Source: an uncultured delta proteobacterium (lineage in GTDB: Bacteria > Desulfobacterota > Binatia > JACPRU01). From it: 64,000 bases of DNA. The stretch is taken from positions 864,001 through 928,000 of the forward strand of contig CAVUWD010000016.1 in NCBI GenBank assembly GCA_963745025.1. Reading direction: 5' to 3'. Below the pieces are notes generated by a model. It saw only the letters and a program-made list of their open reading frames with translations, was not told the origin of the DNA and searched no databases. A program made the translations under genes and the position numbers. This document shows, one piece after another, positions 19,903-29,773 of the stretch (position 1 is the stretch's first letter; the number at the start of each line of letters is the position of its first letter).

Positions 19903-20994
19903 TCGCAGGTTCGCGGCTTCCCAGGCGCGTACCTTGCGCCGGGCCGTGTCGAACAATCGCTCGTAGTTTCCCGTGCGCAGCTTTTCGCTCACCTCCGCGG
20001 GCAGTGCCTTCCACAGCGGCTCGTACTGATCGTAGATCCGCAAGTAAGTCTTCTGGTCGGGCGGCGCGACCTCGTCCGTGCCGAACAGAAAGCGGTCCGG
20101 ATAGCGCTCGAGCATGGCCACGGTGAGCTCGACCGAGCGCGGAGTTTCGACGACGTACTTCGCGACCTCGGTCCACGAAAGGTCGAAGTAGACGTTGCCG
20201 AGCCCGGATCCTTCAGGATCTCCTCCAGGAGCGCGATGTGCCCCGGGATGGGCTGGATCACGCGCCCGAGTCCCGTGTGCGCCCAGATGATCGTCGTCTT
20301 GGGATGGCGCGCGAGCAGAGCCTTCATCTGCTCGAAGTCGGTGCGCACCTTCTCGGCCTTGCGGAACGGCTGGTGGATGTCGTTGTGGATGATGACGACC
20401 AGGCCGACCTCACCCGCGAAGTCGAGGATGCGGTCGAGCGCCGGGTCGGTCAGGCTCGGGACGTCGCCGGCAATCTTCGAGGACACGAACTCCTTGTGGA
20501 TCGTGAACTCACCGATCCCGGAGAACACGCCGGGAAAGGTCTTGAGCACCCGCCGGATGTGATCGGCCGCGTACATGTCGGCGGGGTTGAAGCCGGTGAT
20601 CATCGGATCGAAGCGGGCCTGCTGCTCCGCCGTCAGCGACTTGTAGGCCATCGCGATGTAGGCGTCCGTGAAGGAGTAGTAGTAGAGGTCCGCGTCGCTA
20701 TCGAGGTAATACTTCGGCGCGTCGTCGCCCGAGACGCGGTACGACCACTGCTTGCTGCAGCGGGATTCCGAACAGCGCGACGCGCCAGACGCGCGAGCCC
20801 ATGATGTCCAGAAACTTCCGGATGTCGGTTCCTTCCTGGATGTAGTTGGTGAGATGGAAGTGACCGTCGTCGAGCTCGTAGCCGGGCGGCGCCGCATGGA
20901 TCGTCGTAGGGACGATCACGAGCCCGAGCAGCGCGGTCGCCGCGAGCCACGAACGCAGCCAGTCCCTAGGAGAAGGCAAGCGTTTCGAGTCCAC
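19900..20994 (-). CDS. Secreted amidohydrolase-superfamily protein (about 2 frameshifts)
   Basis: Signal peptide; DGHFH (HxH), GIGE, IHND, WAHTG and RFLFGTD pieces in three frames, with shifts near 20755 and 20200. Confidence 0.85.
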
Positions 20995-20995
20995 T

Positions 20996-22444
20996 CTAGA
21001 AGATGGAGTACGCGACGCCGACCTGGTTCCGGAAGACGTGACCGGAAGCCCCGCTCTCCTTCTGATTGTTGCCGTAGAGGAGTTCGTAGCCGACGCTGAG
21101 CCGCTCGCGGAGCTGCCAAACGAGGTTGCCGCTCGCGTACTGGGTCTCGTGATACGCGTCCGGTCCCTGCGTGCCCAGGCCGTCCACCTTCACCCAGCCG
21201 AAGGTAGCGGTCGAGCGCCAGCACGAAAGCCAATGATGGGTATAGCTGCCGAAGGCTCCGTAGTACGGCAGGGCCTTCAGATCCCCGCTGCTGTTGAAGG
21301 CGGCGTCGGTGTTGAAGAAGCCGGAATCGTTCCCGTAGCGCCCGAGCCCTTCGCCGTAAGTGAACTGGCCACCGAGCACATCTTCTTTGACGTCGTCCGT
21401 CTTCCAGGGAAGCTTGATGTTGAGAGTTGCGCCGAGGTTGAGGCCCCAGCCGAAGACCGAATCTTTGCCGAGCGTCGCGCTCTTCGCGGAGAGATCGCGG
21501 AACACGGTGCTGAGCTGCACGTGTCCGAGGTCGGCCGACTCGCCGCGCAAGTTGAAGGCGAAGTCTGGCGTATGGTTGATTCCGCTCACCGACGCCCCAT
21601 CGACGTCCGAGGCCTGAGTGTCAGGCTGCGTCAGTCCGGCGTTGAGTGCCCACGCGGAGCCCAACGGGACCTTGTAGCGCACCAGCGGGAAGCGCGCGAA
21701 GATCATCGAGTTCGGACCTTCGTAGTCCACCGTGTCCGGCCAGACGTCGGGGTCCTCGAAGGGACTGAAGGTCTGGCCGATGGTGACGTTGTAGATGCTC
21801 CCGTACAGGTGCTGGATGCGGTAGTTGAACTCGCCCGACCCGGAGCCGAAGAAGTCGTTCTGATAGTAGAAGCGCGGGCTCCCCGCCACGTCCGGCGCGC
21901 GCACGTCGACGACCAGCTGCGAGCCCTTGCCGTTGGCGTTGAACACCGGCCCGTCGCCTTTGGTCGGATCCCCACTCACCGGGATCTTGGCGGTGATGAA
22001 GCGGTTGTCGTCGCCGGCATTGCCGGTGTCGTACGTGAAGTCGACGCGCGGCTTGGCGTTGAATCGCAGCATCACACCCGTGTTCGGGATGCGAACGAAC
22101 CCGCGCAATTTCGGGTCAACCGGCGCCTGGGGACCGATACCTTGTGAGGTGAGCACGGTCTCGAGAGCCTTGGAGGCAGCTTCCTCCGCCGGAGAGGGCG
22201 GCGCCGCTTCCGCCGGCGGCGCGGCGGCCAGCGCTGGCGCAGCGGCGGCCGCGGCCTTCTCCTGCTGTCGTTCCCGCTCGAGCTTATCGATCTTCTGGTT
22301 GAGCGTGTTGATCGTCTGCTGCATCTGCTCGACGGACTTCTTGAGAGCGTCGAGCTCCGCGTCGTCCGCACGTACAGCGGGTGCGACGAGCATCACGATG
22401 ACAGCCGCCACGCTCGCCCACCGAGTCACGATGTTTGCGCGCAT
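20996..22444 (-). CDS. DcaP-family outer-membrane channel
   Basis: Signal peptide, coiled coil, GQTFSPFEDPDVWPDTVDYEGP, Y.HHW...WRST, terminal YSIF. Confidence 0.85.
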   Translation of the reverse strand: MRANIVTRWASVAAVIVMLVAPAVRADDAELDALKKSVEQMQQTINTLNQKIDKLERERQQEKAAAAAAPALAAAPPAEAAPPSPAEEAASKALETVLTSQGIGPQAPVDPKLRGFVRIPNTGVMLRFNAKPRVDFTYDTGNAGDDNRFITAKIPVSGDPTKGDGPVFNANGKGSQLVVDVRAPDVAGSPRFYYQNDFFGSGSGEFNYRIQHLYGSIYNVTIGQTFSPFEDPDVWPDTVDYEGPNSMIFARFPLVRYKVPLGSAWALNAGLTQPDTQASDVDGASVSGINHTPDFAFNLRGESADLGHVQLSTVFRDLSAKSATLGKDSVFGWGLNLGATLNIKLPWKTDDVKEDVLGGQFTYGEGLGRYGNDSGFFNTDAAFNSSGDLKALPYYGAFGSYTHHWLSCWRSTATFGWVKVDGLGTQGPDAYHETQYASGNLVWQLRERLSVGYELLYGNNQKESGASGHVFRNQVGVAYSIF

Positions 22445-22531
22445 GAGCCTATGCCTCCGATACCGTGATCGATTGGTGCACGACGCGCGCACCATGACGC
22501 AGGGCGACTAGCGGATCCGCGTCCCATCGGG

Positions 22532-23053
22532 TTAGTTCGCCGTGACCGTGACGTCCGTGCTCCAAATGATGTCAACGCGGTCGCCAACCTTGACCTTGTC
22601 GAACACCGTCGGATCGAAGACACGTCGGCTGTATTTCCAGTTGTCCGGTCCGACAATGGTGATCGACGATGTGCTCTTGTCGATATCGGTGACGGTCGCC
22701 GTCATGATTCGGAGCATGGATGCGCTTCCGAAGTCTTTATCCACGTAAGCACGATCGACCGCCGCCTCGTTAGGCTCTTTCAGTCGCACCTTGATGTGGT
22801 CGTCATACGTTACCTTCACCTTGTCGCCGACCTTGAGCTCGTCGAACCCCTTCACACTCTGGGGCACGTCAATGGTGACGAAGCCGCCCGAGTCCTTCTT
22901 GATGGTCAAGTGGCGCCTGGGACTGTCAATCGCCTCGACGGTACCAGCAACGGTGACGGTCTGTTTCGCCTCTTTTGTCACTTGCGCCCAACTGGACATG
23001 GCAAGAGCCAAGACCAATCCCCACCAGCTCAAGATGATCGTTGCGCGCTTCAT
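22532..23053 (-). CDS. Secreted protein with two OB-fold-like repeats
   Basis: Signal peptide; TVEAID..R.LTIK...LKVGDKV.VTY repeated; similar to the N-terminal part of 11571-12521. Confidence 0.75.
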   Translation of the reverse strand: MKRATIILSWWGLVLALAMSSWAQVTKEAKQTVTVAGTVEAIDSPRRHLTIKKDSGGFVTIDVPQSVKGFDELKVGDKVKVTYDDHIKVRLKEPNEAAVDRAYVDKDFGSASMLRIMTATVTDIDKSTSSITIVGPDNWKYSRRVFDPTVFDKVKVGDRVDIIWSTDVTVTAN

Positions 23054-23207
23054 GTATTGTTTTCCTTTCGTCTCACATTGCCGGGGAGCGATTGCCGAAG
23101 AATGCCACGTCGGCCACAGGTTGGCCAGCGCCCCGGCCTTACGCCCCCCGCGGTCCAGCACCGCCTCGCTCCCGTCCAAGAGATCCTTCAACACGTTGCT
23201 CCGGACC

Positions 23208-23779
23208 TCACTTGACGTCGAGCTTCTTGAACCGCGAGCCCTGGAAGGACACATCCCCTATGAGCCCTTTCTCGCCGAAGACGAAGACAACGATCGCTGT
23301 CTTCAGATTGGTCGTATCGATAGTGGCGCCAGCGCCGAGTTTGGCCACGGCCAGCGACGCATCCACGCCCAGCTCCCACTCGCGCGTGCCGCCGGTGAAC
23401 TTGGCCAGCGCGTCGTCCGTGTTCAGCACCAGGATCATCGAGTGCTTTTCGATGCCCGCGAGGAATCCCGCCTTGAGCGCGCTCGTCCCGTAGTAGAGCG
23501 GCGTTGCGGCACCCTTGGTCAGCACGCACTCGCCTGACTCCACGCCGACGAGAAGCCCCCCTTGGTGATGCTCGGGCACACCAGGACACCCTTGGCGTTG
23601 GCGAGCACCGCATCGGCGCCCTTGGTCTGTGCCTCGAACTTCGCCAGCGTGGCTTTCGCATCGGCCTCCAGCTTGGCCGCTTCCTGGGCCGTGAAGGCCG
23701 CCATGGCCTGACCCGACAGGGCGAGACCAAGGGCCACGACCCCGCTCATCACGCGTAGCTTGATCCTTCGATTGAACAT
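23208..23779 (-). CDS. YSC84/SYLF lipid-binding domain secreted protein (frameshift near 23555)
   Basis: AKGVLVCPSITKGG(F)-(L)VGVESGE...WELGVDAS...KGLIGDVSFQGS joined across a 1-base shift. GGAGGGAGG RBS. Confidence 0.85.
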
Positions 23780-23928
23780 GCGCCTCCCTCCTCTTTCTTA
23801 GTTAGTGGTAGAACTCCTCCCCTATGTCACTCGTACCCAACGTGAACGAGTGGTAAGACCCTTCGTCTCCCTACGAAGCCGGGAGGCAAGCAAAGCCTGG
23901 TTCGAAGACACGAGTTGCCGAAGTGAGT

Positions 23929-24348
23929 ATGCACGGCTCCATCAAAGTGACGCTCGGTGTTCTCTCGCTGAACGTAATGACGCTCTGCGGGTGTGAGGAC
24001 CTAGTTGTGCGCGACGTGTCAAGCCTGCTCATCCCCAGGTTTCAACGGTCTGAGATCCTTGGATTCACAGCCGGTTTCGGAACGACCTTCGCTGCGGTGC
24101 CAGACCTGATCACGATGCTCAGGCGCCGGTCAAGCGCAGGTATGAATCCGAGGATGGCGGGAATCATGGGCATCTTTCAGATCGTCTGGGTCTACTATGG
24201 TTTGTTGATTGCTTCGCGACCGGTGATCGCATGGAATGCGGTTGCCGTCGTGATCAATTTTCTGAGCGTCGGCGCATACGTCCATTTCGTGCGCAGGGAA
24301 CGGAAGCAAACGATGGAGTCGACGGGTTTGTCAAGCGGCGCTTCTTAA
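23929..24348 (+). CDS. SemiSWEET/PQ-loop-like transporter
   Basis: GF.AG.GTTFA.VPD...RRRS...WVYYGLLI...PVI.WN three-helix pattern. Confidence 0.75.
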   Translation: MHGSIKVTLGVLSLNVMTLCGCEDLVVRDVSSLLIPRFQRSEILGFTAGFGTTFAAVPDLITMLRRRSSAGMNPRMAGIMGIFQIVWVYYGLLIASRPVIAWNAVAVVINFLSVGAYVHFVRRERKQTMESTGLSSGAS

Positions 24349-24496
24349 CTGACCAAGGGTTGGCGAGAAGCGTTTCACGCCAATCGCGGGCGGATCCGCG
24401 GGCGGCGCTGCCGAGCGTTGCAGCGGCTTCGCGCTGTTTCGAAGCCTCACGCAGCGACTGGCTGGTGACGGCCGGGACAATGTCGCGGCGCGCGGC

Positions 24497-24705
24497 AGCG
24501 TGAGGCTGCGCACCACGAGCAGTGCCAGCGTCGGGACCGCCACCAGCACCGCGAACAACGCGCGCGTCACCAGTCCCGGATTGCGTCCCACGCGGCGGAC
24601 CTCGCGTACCACGATGCCCAGGCCAAGGGTCAACATCACGCAGAAGATCGTCGCCGCGGCAGCCAGCGTGAGCACGCGCTCGGGGATCGGGCCATCGACA
24701 ATCAT
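24497..24705 (-). pseudogene. 5' remnant of a bile acid:Na+ symporter-family gene
   Basis: TIFCVMLTLGLG...RNPGLVTRALFAVLVAVP.LA, then breaks off. Confidence 0.65.
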
Positions 24706-24759
24706 CCAGCCACTCCCGCAGGCTCGCGGCCCCCCGATCGCCTGTGCGTCACGCCCGCC

Positions 24760-26148
24760 TTAGCGGCGACTCCGCGCGGCCGAGCCACCCAGGCCCTGCA
24801 CGTCCGGCGTGCGTGCCAGTGCCAGCTCGTCGGGCCGCGTGAAGACCGCCTCGATCGCCGCGTCGAGTCGCTGCTTTTCCTGCAGCAAAGGCGCGTGGCG
24901 ATATGCCGGCAGCAGCGCGAGCAGGTTGTCGATCATCGCCCGCAAACGGCGCGCGATTTGCAGCGAGTTGGCGCCACAGGCGCGGATCTCGGCGCACGCC
25001 ACCAGCACGAAGTCGTCCCAGTCGGGCGTCCGCTGGACCAGCCGCACGCGGCCGCTGGCATCGACCACTTCGTCCGAGTGCAGGCGCCGCTTGCCCGCCA
25101 CCCGCAGCAGTCGGTGGATCTGGTCGATGGCGAGCACAGCGGTCGTCGGGTCGTTGATCGCCGGCGACAGCGCCTTCAGGGCGATGTCGACCAGGATGCG
25201 GAACGCGAACACCGGGTCCTGCTCCATGGTCCTCTCGTCGCCGAAGGCCACCGCGGCACGCAGCCGGTGGTCGTCGATCGCTGCTGCGCTCGCGTATAGG
25301 CGGAATAGCGGCTCGTCCGGCGTGATGAAGTCGCCGATCTGCGGCACCAGTTCGATCACGCCATCGTGACGCCGCGCCTCCTCGATCAGGGACGCCAGCT
25401 CGACCGCCAACAGGATCTTCGACCGCCCGGTGTGCATGACTTCGCGGGCCGCCGCGGGCAGCTGCACGTGGGTGCGCGTGCGTTCGTCGTGATCGGCACT
25501 CGCGAGGCTCGGATACATCGCTTGCAGCACCTCGATGCCCTGGTTGCCCACGTGCGCCAGGATGCTCACCGGGCGCAGCATGCGAGCCGCGTAGTCGATC
25601 AGGAACAGGAACACCATCAGGCAGGCGACGCCGAGCACGCCGACCAACGTGGTCACCAGGTGCGGTACGGTGGTGCCGAGGCGATTGAGCCCGGCGACCG
25701 CCAGCAGCAGCGTGAAGACGAACAGGCCCACGCTGAAGCGCACCACGTTGTCGCGCAGCAGCGTGGTGGCGATCACACGCGGCGTCAGCTGGCCACCGGC
25801 GATCTGGATGGCCACCAGCAGCGAACCGAAGGTGAAGACGAGGAACGACAGCGCCAGCGTGATGACCGTCTGGTACAGCGCGGCCGCGCCCGACACTCCC
25901 AGCCCGGTCACGTTCCAGTCGAGATAGCTGTCGAGCCAGCGCATGAGCGGCGCCAGCAGGTAGATCAGCACGATCGCCACGATCGGCGTGACCCAGAGCG
26001 CCGAGCGCACGTAGCTGGCGGCCCGGTACATCCGGCCCCAGGTGAGCCGCGCCCTGATGAACTGCGCCACACCGTTGTCCGGCCGCTTCGCCGCCTGCGG
26101 CCGTGGCGTGCCGGACGAAGCTACGGTGGTCTGGCCGTGGGTTGTCAT
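24760..26148 (-). CDS. DUF2254 membrane protein
   Basis: QLTPRV, ERTMEQD..F..R.LVDIALKALSPAINDPTTA signature. Confidence 0.9.
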   Translation of the reverse strand: MTTHGQTTVASSGTPRPQAAKRPDNGVAQFIRARLTWGRMYRAASYVRSALWVTPIVAIVLIYLLAPLMRWLDSYLDWNVTGLGVSGAAALYQTVITLALSFLVFTFGSLLVAIQIAGGQLTPRVIATTLLRDNVVRFSVGLFVFTLLLAVAGLNRLGTTVPHLVTTLVGVLGVACLMVFLFLIDYAARMLRPVSILAHVGNQGIEVLQAMYPSLASADHDERTRTHVQLPAAAREVMHTGRSKILLAVELASLIEEARRHDGVIELVPQIGDFITPDEPLFRLYASAAAIDDHRLRAAVAFGDERTMEQDPVFAFRILVDIALKALSPAINDPTTAVLAIDQIHRLLRVAGKRRLHSDEVVDASGRVRLVQRTPDWDDFVLVACAEIRACGANSLQIARRLRAMIDNLLALLPAYRHAPLLQEKQRLDAAIEAVFTRPDELALARTPDVQGLGGSAARSRR

Positions 26149-26226
26149 GTTTTCGCGAATTGACGTCCACCCCGAAGAGGACGGCAAGTCGAAACTAGAG
26201 TATCGTACCGACCTGTTTGTCAACTC

Positions 26227-27639
26227 CTAAGAAACAACGACAGTAGGGGTTTGTAATTGCACGAGTTGGAAGCCGAGAGAGGCGGCGCGCTTGGAGAGAG
26301 AGCGGACGGTGCGCTCGCGGAATTTGAGTTCGTAGTAATCGATGCCGAGATCTTTGTAGGGTTGGCGGTGCTTCCACATTCGGTAGAAGATGCGCGAGAG
26401 CTTGTGGGCGGTGGCGGTGATGGCCTTGGGGGGCCCGAGTCGGGCGCGCATGCGGCGATGAAAGGCACCCAGAGCGGTGTGGCTGTTGCCGGCAGACTGA
26501 GCGGCTCGGCGTAAGGCAGTGGCCACACGGTTGGAGGCTTTTCGGGTCTTGGAGCTTTTCACTTCTCCTCCGGTGACACGGTTGTCGGGGCACAGCGCAA
26601 GCCAGGAGGCGAAGTGCTTCTCGGAGGGAAACTTCGAGGGATCGAGGCCGACCTCGGAAAGGATGGTCTGCACGGTGAGGGCATCGAACCCCGTGATGGC
26701 GGTGAAGTCGACGCCTGAGATTCGATAGAGGTGGGTGCGCAGGTCGAAGCCAGCCTCGTTGCGCTGGGGCTTGCGGTGGGTGGCCTTGGGTTGTCCCAGG
26801 GGCGTGAGAGCAGGGTCGACTTGGGTGTCGAAGCCGCCCAGGCATTGCTCGATCCGCAGGTCGCAGTCGGCAATCATGCTGCGGTAGGTGTCATAGAGCG
26901 AGAGGCATTGCTCAAGTGCGAAGAGGTGCTCGGGTCGGTAGTCGCCCTGGAGGGATTGGGCGATGCGCTCGGAGGTGCTCTTGATGCGATGATCGCGCAT
27001 CGCGGCCAGAAGCTGTGGATCTCGCTCACCGGCGAGGATGGAGCGAATGATTCTCATGCCGCTGACGCCGGTGATGTCACTGATGACCTTGTGAAGCTGG
27101 ATGTTCATCTGGGTCAGGGCCTTCTGCATGCGCTGCACGTGAGCGGCCGCGTCGCGGATGAGAGTATCGCGCTGGCGGATGTAGCTGCGCAGCACGCAGG
27201 TCTGATCGTCGGGACGAAACGATCCCGAGAGTAGACCAAAGGTGTGCAGCTGCTGGAGCCACTGGCAGTCCTGGATGTCGCTCTTTCTGCCGGGCAGGTT
27301 TTTGACGTGGCGGGCGTTGACGAGCTTGACCTCGAAGCCGCGCGTCTCGAGGATCTGAAAGAGCGGGATCCAGTAGACTCCGGTGGATTCCATGACCACG
27401 GTGTCGACTCCGCACTGCTCGAGCCAGTCAGCCAGACGGTGCAAATCGGCGGTGAAGCACTCGAAGCGGCGCACGGGCTGCGGATCGCGGTCCTCGGGAA
27501 CCGCCACGTAGTGCTCGGCGGATCCGACATCGATGCCGGCGGCGTTGAGGTGCACAGCCTTGAGGCTCGCGGGCAACCCCGTTCCTCGCGCGACGCTCTT
27601 TCTCTTTCGGCCTGCGCCGGGTTTGATAGACTCCTTCAT
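26227..27639 (-). CDS. IS110-family recombinase/transposase (470 aa)
   Basis: DEDD RuvC motifs GIDVG, MESTGVYW, KSDIQD; Tnp domain FPSEKHFASWLALCP...TGG and AITATAHKL. AAGGAGG RBS 8 nt before the ATG at 27639. Confidence 0.97.
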   Translation of the reverse strand: MKESIKPGAGRKRKSVARGTGLPASLKAVHLNAAGIDVGSAEHYVAVPEDRDPQPVRRFECFTADLHRLADWLEQCGVDTVVMESTGVYWIPLFQILETRGFEVKLVNARHVKNLPGRKSDIQDCQWLQQLHTFGLLSGSFRPDDQTCVLRSYIRQRDTLIRDAAAHVQRMQKALTQMNIQLHKVISDITGVSGMRIIRSILAGERDPQLLAAMRDHRIKSTSERIAQSLQGDYRPEHLFALEQCLSLYDTYRSMIADCDLRIEQCLGGFDTQVDPALTPLGQPKATHRKPQRNEAGFDLRTHLYRISGVDFTAITGFDALTVQTILSEVGLDPSKFPSEKHFASWLALCPDNRVTGGEVKSSKTRKASNRVATALRRAAQSAGNSHTALGAFHRRMRARLGPPKAITATAHKLSRIFYRMWKHRQPYKDLGIDYYELKFRERTVRSLSKRAASLGFQLVQLQTPTVVVS

Positions 27640-27843
27640 CGAGTACACCTCCTTGGAGTTGGGATGTGCTCGGGCCGGGTGGGTCGAAGGTGAGAAATCT
27701 CCTAAACGGGATAACCCTCCGTGCGAGGGAGGGCTTCACCAATGAAACAACCGCAAGCCCCCCGGAACCATGCTAACCCACGGGCGCGAAGGCACCATTG
27801 GCGCTACGGTCTTAGCTACCCGAGCACATCCCGGTGTACTCGA
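27639..27843 (-). ncRNA. Predicted bridge/seek-like guide RNA with target-binding and donor-binding loops
   Basis: Closing stems 27639-27649/27833-27843 and 27661-27674/27819-27832 are perfectly complementary. Two ACGGG...CACCA(A/T)T modules are flanked by segments matching the two junctions. Strand inferred from the CDS orientation. Confidence 0.8.
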
Positions 27844-28159
27844 CGCACACCGGCGCAGCAAAGACACTCAGGTTTCTTCCATCAACAACACCGCGCCTCG
27901 CGCGGGGTCAAATGCTAACCCGACGCTGCGGACTGCGTTCGACTACGCGGTCCAGCACGGCCAAACGAGCTCCGGCGCGGAGCGGGTAGTTCCTCGGGTG
28001 ACGGGAACTTGGGCAGAGAGGCTGGCCCAAACCGACATTGTACTTCCCGGCTGCAAGCGCTATTTGGGGTAGCTCAGCCCTGCGACGCGCGCGACCGCGT
28101 GTCGCGAGCTGAGAAGAAAAGGGAACTAGGTTCGTTCCCCACAACCTGCGAGGTGCCGT

Positions 28160-29773
28160 ATGTCAATCCGATCCGACGACGACGCTCCCATCCTCGAACC
28201 AGAGCTGATGTCCGCGGAGACCCCGGCGGGTATCGACCGCCGGAGCTTCATCGTGCGGTCCGCCATGATCGGCTCTGTGGCTGTCCTGTCGGGCAGCAAG
28301 GCTGCGACCGCGAAGGAGACCGCCGACCAGGCCGCTTCCGCACCTCCCGTTCAACCGCGCGTCAAGCTCTCCCCCGACCTCGAGGTCGTGAAGAAGTCCA
28401 AGGGGCCGGTGATGACCACCGTCGAGGAGTTCTACAAGGTGGGCCCCGGACCGTCGAGCTCGCACACCATCGGGCCGATGCGGATCACCTACGACTTCTA
28501 CCAGCGCTGCACGAAGCTGCCGCCGGACCAGCTCGCCAAGGCCACCGCACTCACGCGTCCATCTGTACGGCAGCCTGAGCGCCACCGGCAAAGGACACGG
28601 CACCGAGCGCGCCGCGCTCGCCGGCATCATCGGCAAGGAGCCGGCGACGATCGATCCGCTGTTCCTCGACGAGATGGCCGCCAAGCCCGACCAGACGTTT
28701 CCGGTGACAGCTCGGCAGCGCCACCTTCAACGCCTCGCTCAAGGACATCATCTACGACGCGCCCAAGGGCGACTTCCCGCACCCCAACACGATGACGTGC
28801 AAGCTGATGGCCGGCGAGACCGTGCTGCTCGAGCAGGAGTACTACTCGGTCGGCGGCGGGTTCATCGAGTGGAAGGGCTACCAGCCGCCGAAGAAGGGCC
28901 AGCCGAAATACCCCTACTCCACGATGAAGGAGCTGCAGGAGCACGCCGCGAAGAACAAGCTCACCATCGCCCAGGTCGCGATGGCCAACGAGGTGGCGGT
29001 CTCCGGCAAGACCGAAGCGGAGATCAACGCCTTCCTCGACAAGATCTCGACCGCGATGGTGAACATCGTGAAGTCGGGGCTCGCCGCGCCGCGAATCCAC
29101 GCTCCCCGGGCCGATCAAGCTCAAGACCAAGGCCGGCGACGTCTACAAGCGGGCGCAGGACGACAAGTACGCAGCGCAGCGCGGGGTCGGCGTGGTTTCC
29201 GCCTACGCGCTGGCCGGCTCGGAGGAGAACGCCCGCGGCCACCTGGTTGTCACCGCCCCCACGGGCGGCTCGGCCGGCGTCATGCCGGCCATCGTGTACG
29301 TTCTCGGCGAGGGCGGCCGCAAGCTGCCGCAGGAGAAGATCCGCGAAGGCCTGCTGGCCGCCGCCGTGATCGGCTACCTCTGCAAGCACAACGCGACGCT
29401 CGCCGGCGCCGAGGGCGGCTGCCAGGCGGAGATCGGCGTGGCGTCCGCCATGGGCGCGGCGCTGATCGCCCAGGCGCACGACTTCGACCATCAGGTGATC
29501 GCCAACGCCGCCGAGTCGGCGCTCGAGCACCATCTCGGCATGACCTGCGACCCGGTCGCCGGCTACGTGCAGGTGCCCTGCATCGAGCGCTGCGCCTACG
29601 GCGCAGTCAAGGCGTGGACCGGCTTCATGATCGCCAGCAACGAGATCCCAGCCAATCGCCGCGTCGACTTCGATACGACGGTCGTCGCGATGGCGCTCAC
29701 GGCCAAGGAGATGAACTCGAAGTACAAGGAGACTTCCGAAGGCGGTCTGGCCGTCTCCGTGGTGCTCTGTTAG
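28160..29773 (+). CDS. sdaA: Fe-S L-serine ammonia-lyase with N-terminal Tat-like signal (about 3 frameshifts)
   Basis: VGPGPSSSHTIGPM, LYGSLSATGKGHGT, YYSVGGGF, TAPTGGSAGV, GGCQAE, GMTCDP, PCIER, YKETSEGGLA; N-terminal DRRSFI. Confidence 0.9.

Larger units (their letters stand above)
26224..27911 (-). mobile_element. Intact IS110-family element with a 5-bp direct repeat GTCAA (26219-26223 and 27907-27911)
   Basis: IS110 recombinase plus structured upstream non-coding region. No terminal IRs. The identical pentamer at both junctions sits next to the sequences matched by the internal guides. Confidence 0.85.

Noticed and set aside
26191-26223. TTGACA on the minus strand at the IS110 junction as an IS-created promoter for DUF2254
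   Set aside because: The hexamer would also exist in the reconstructed empty site, and the best -10 (TACTCT) is at a 15-nt spacing.
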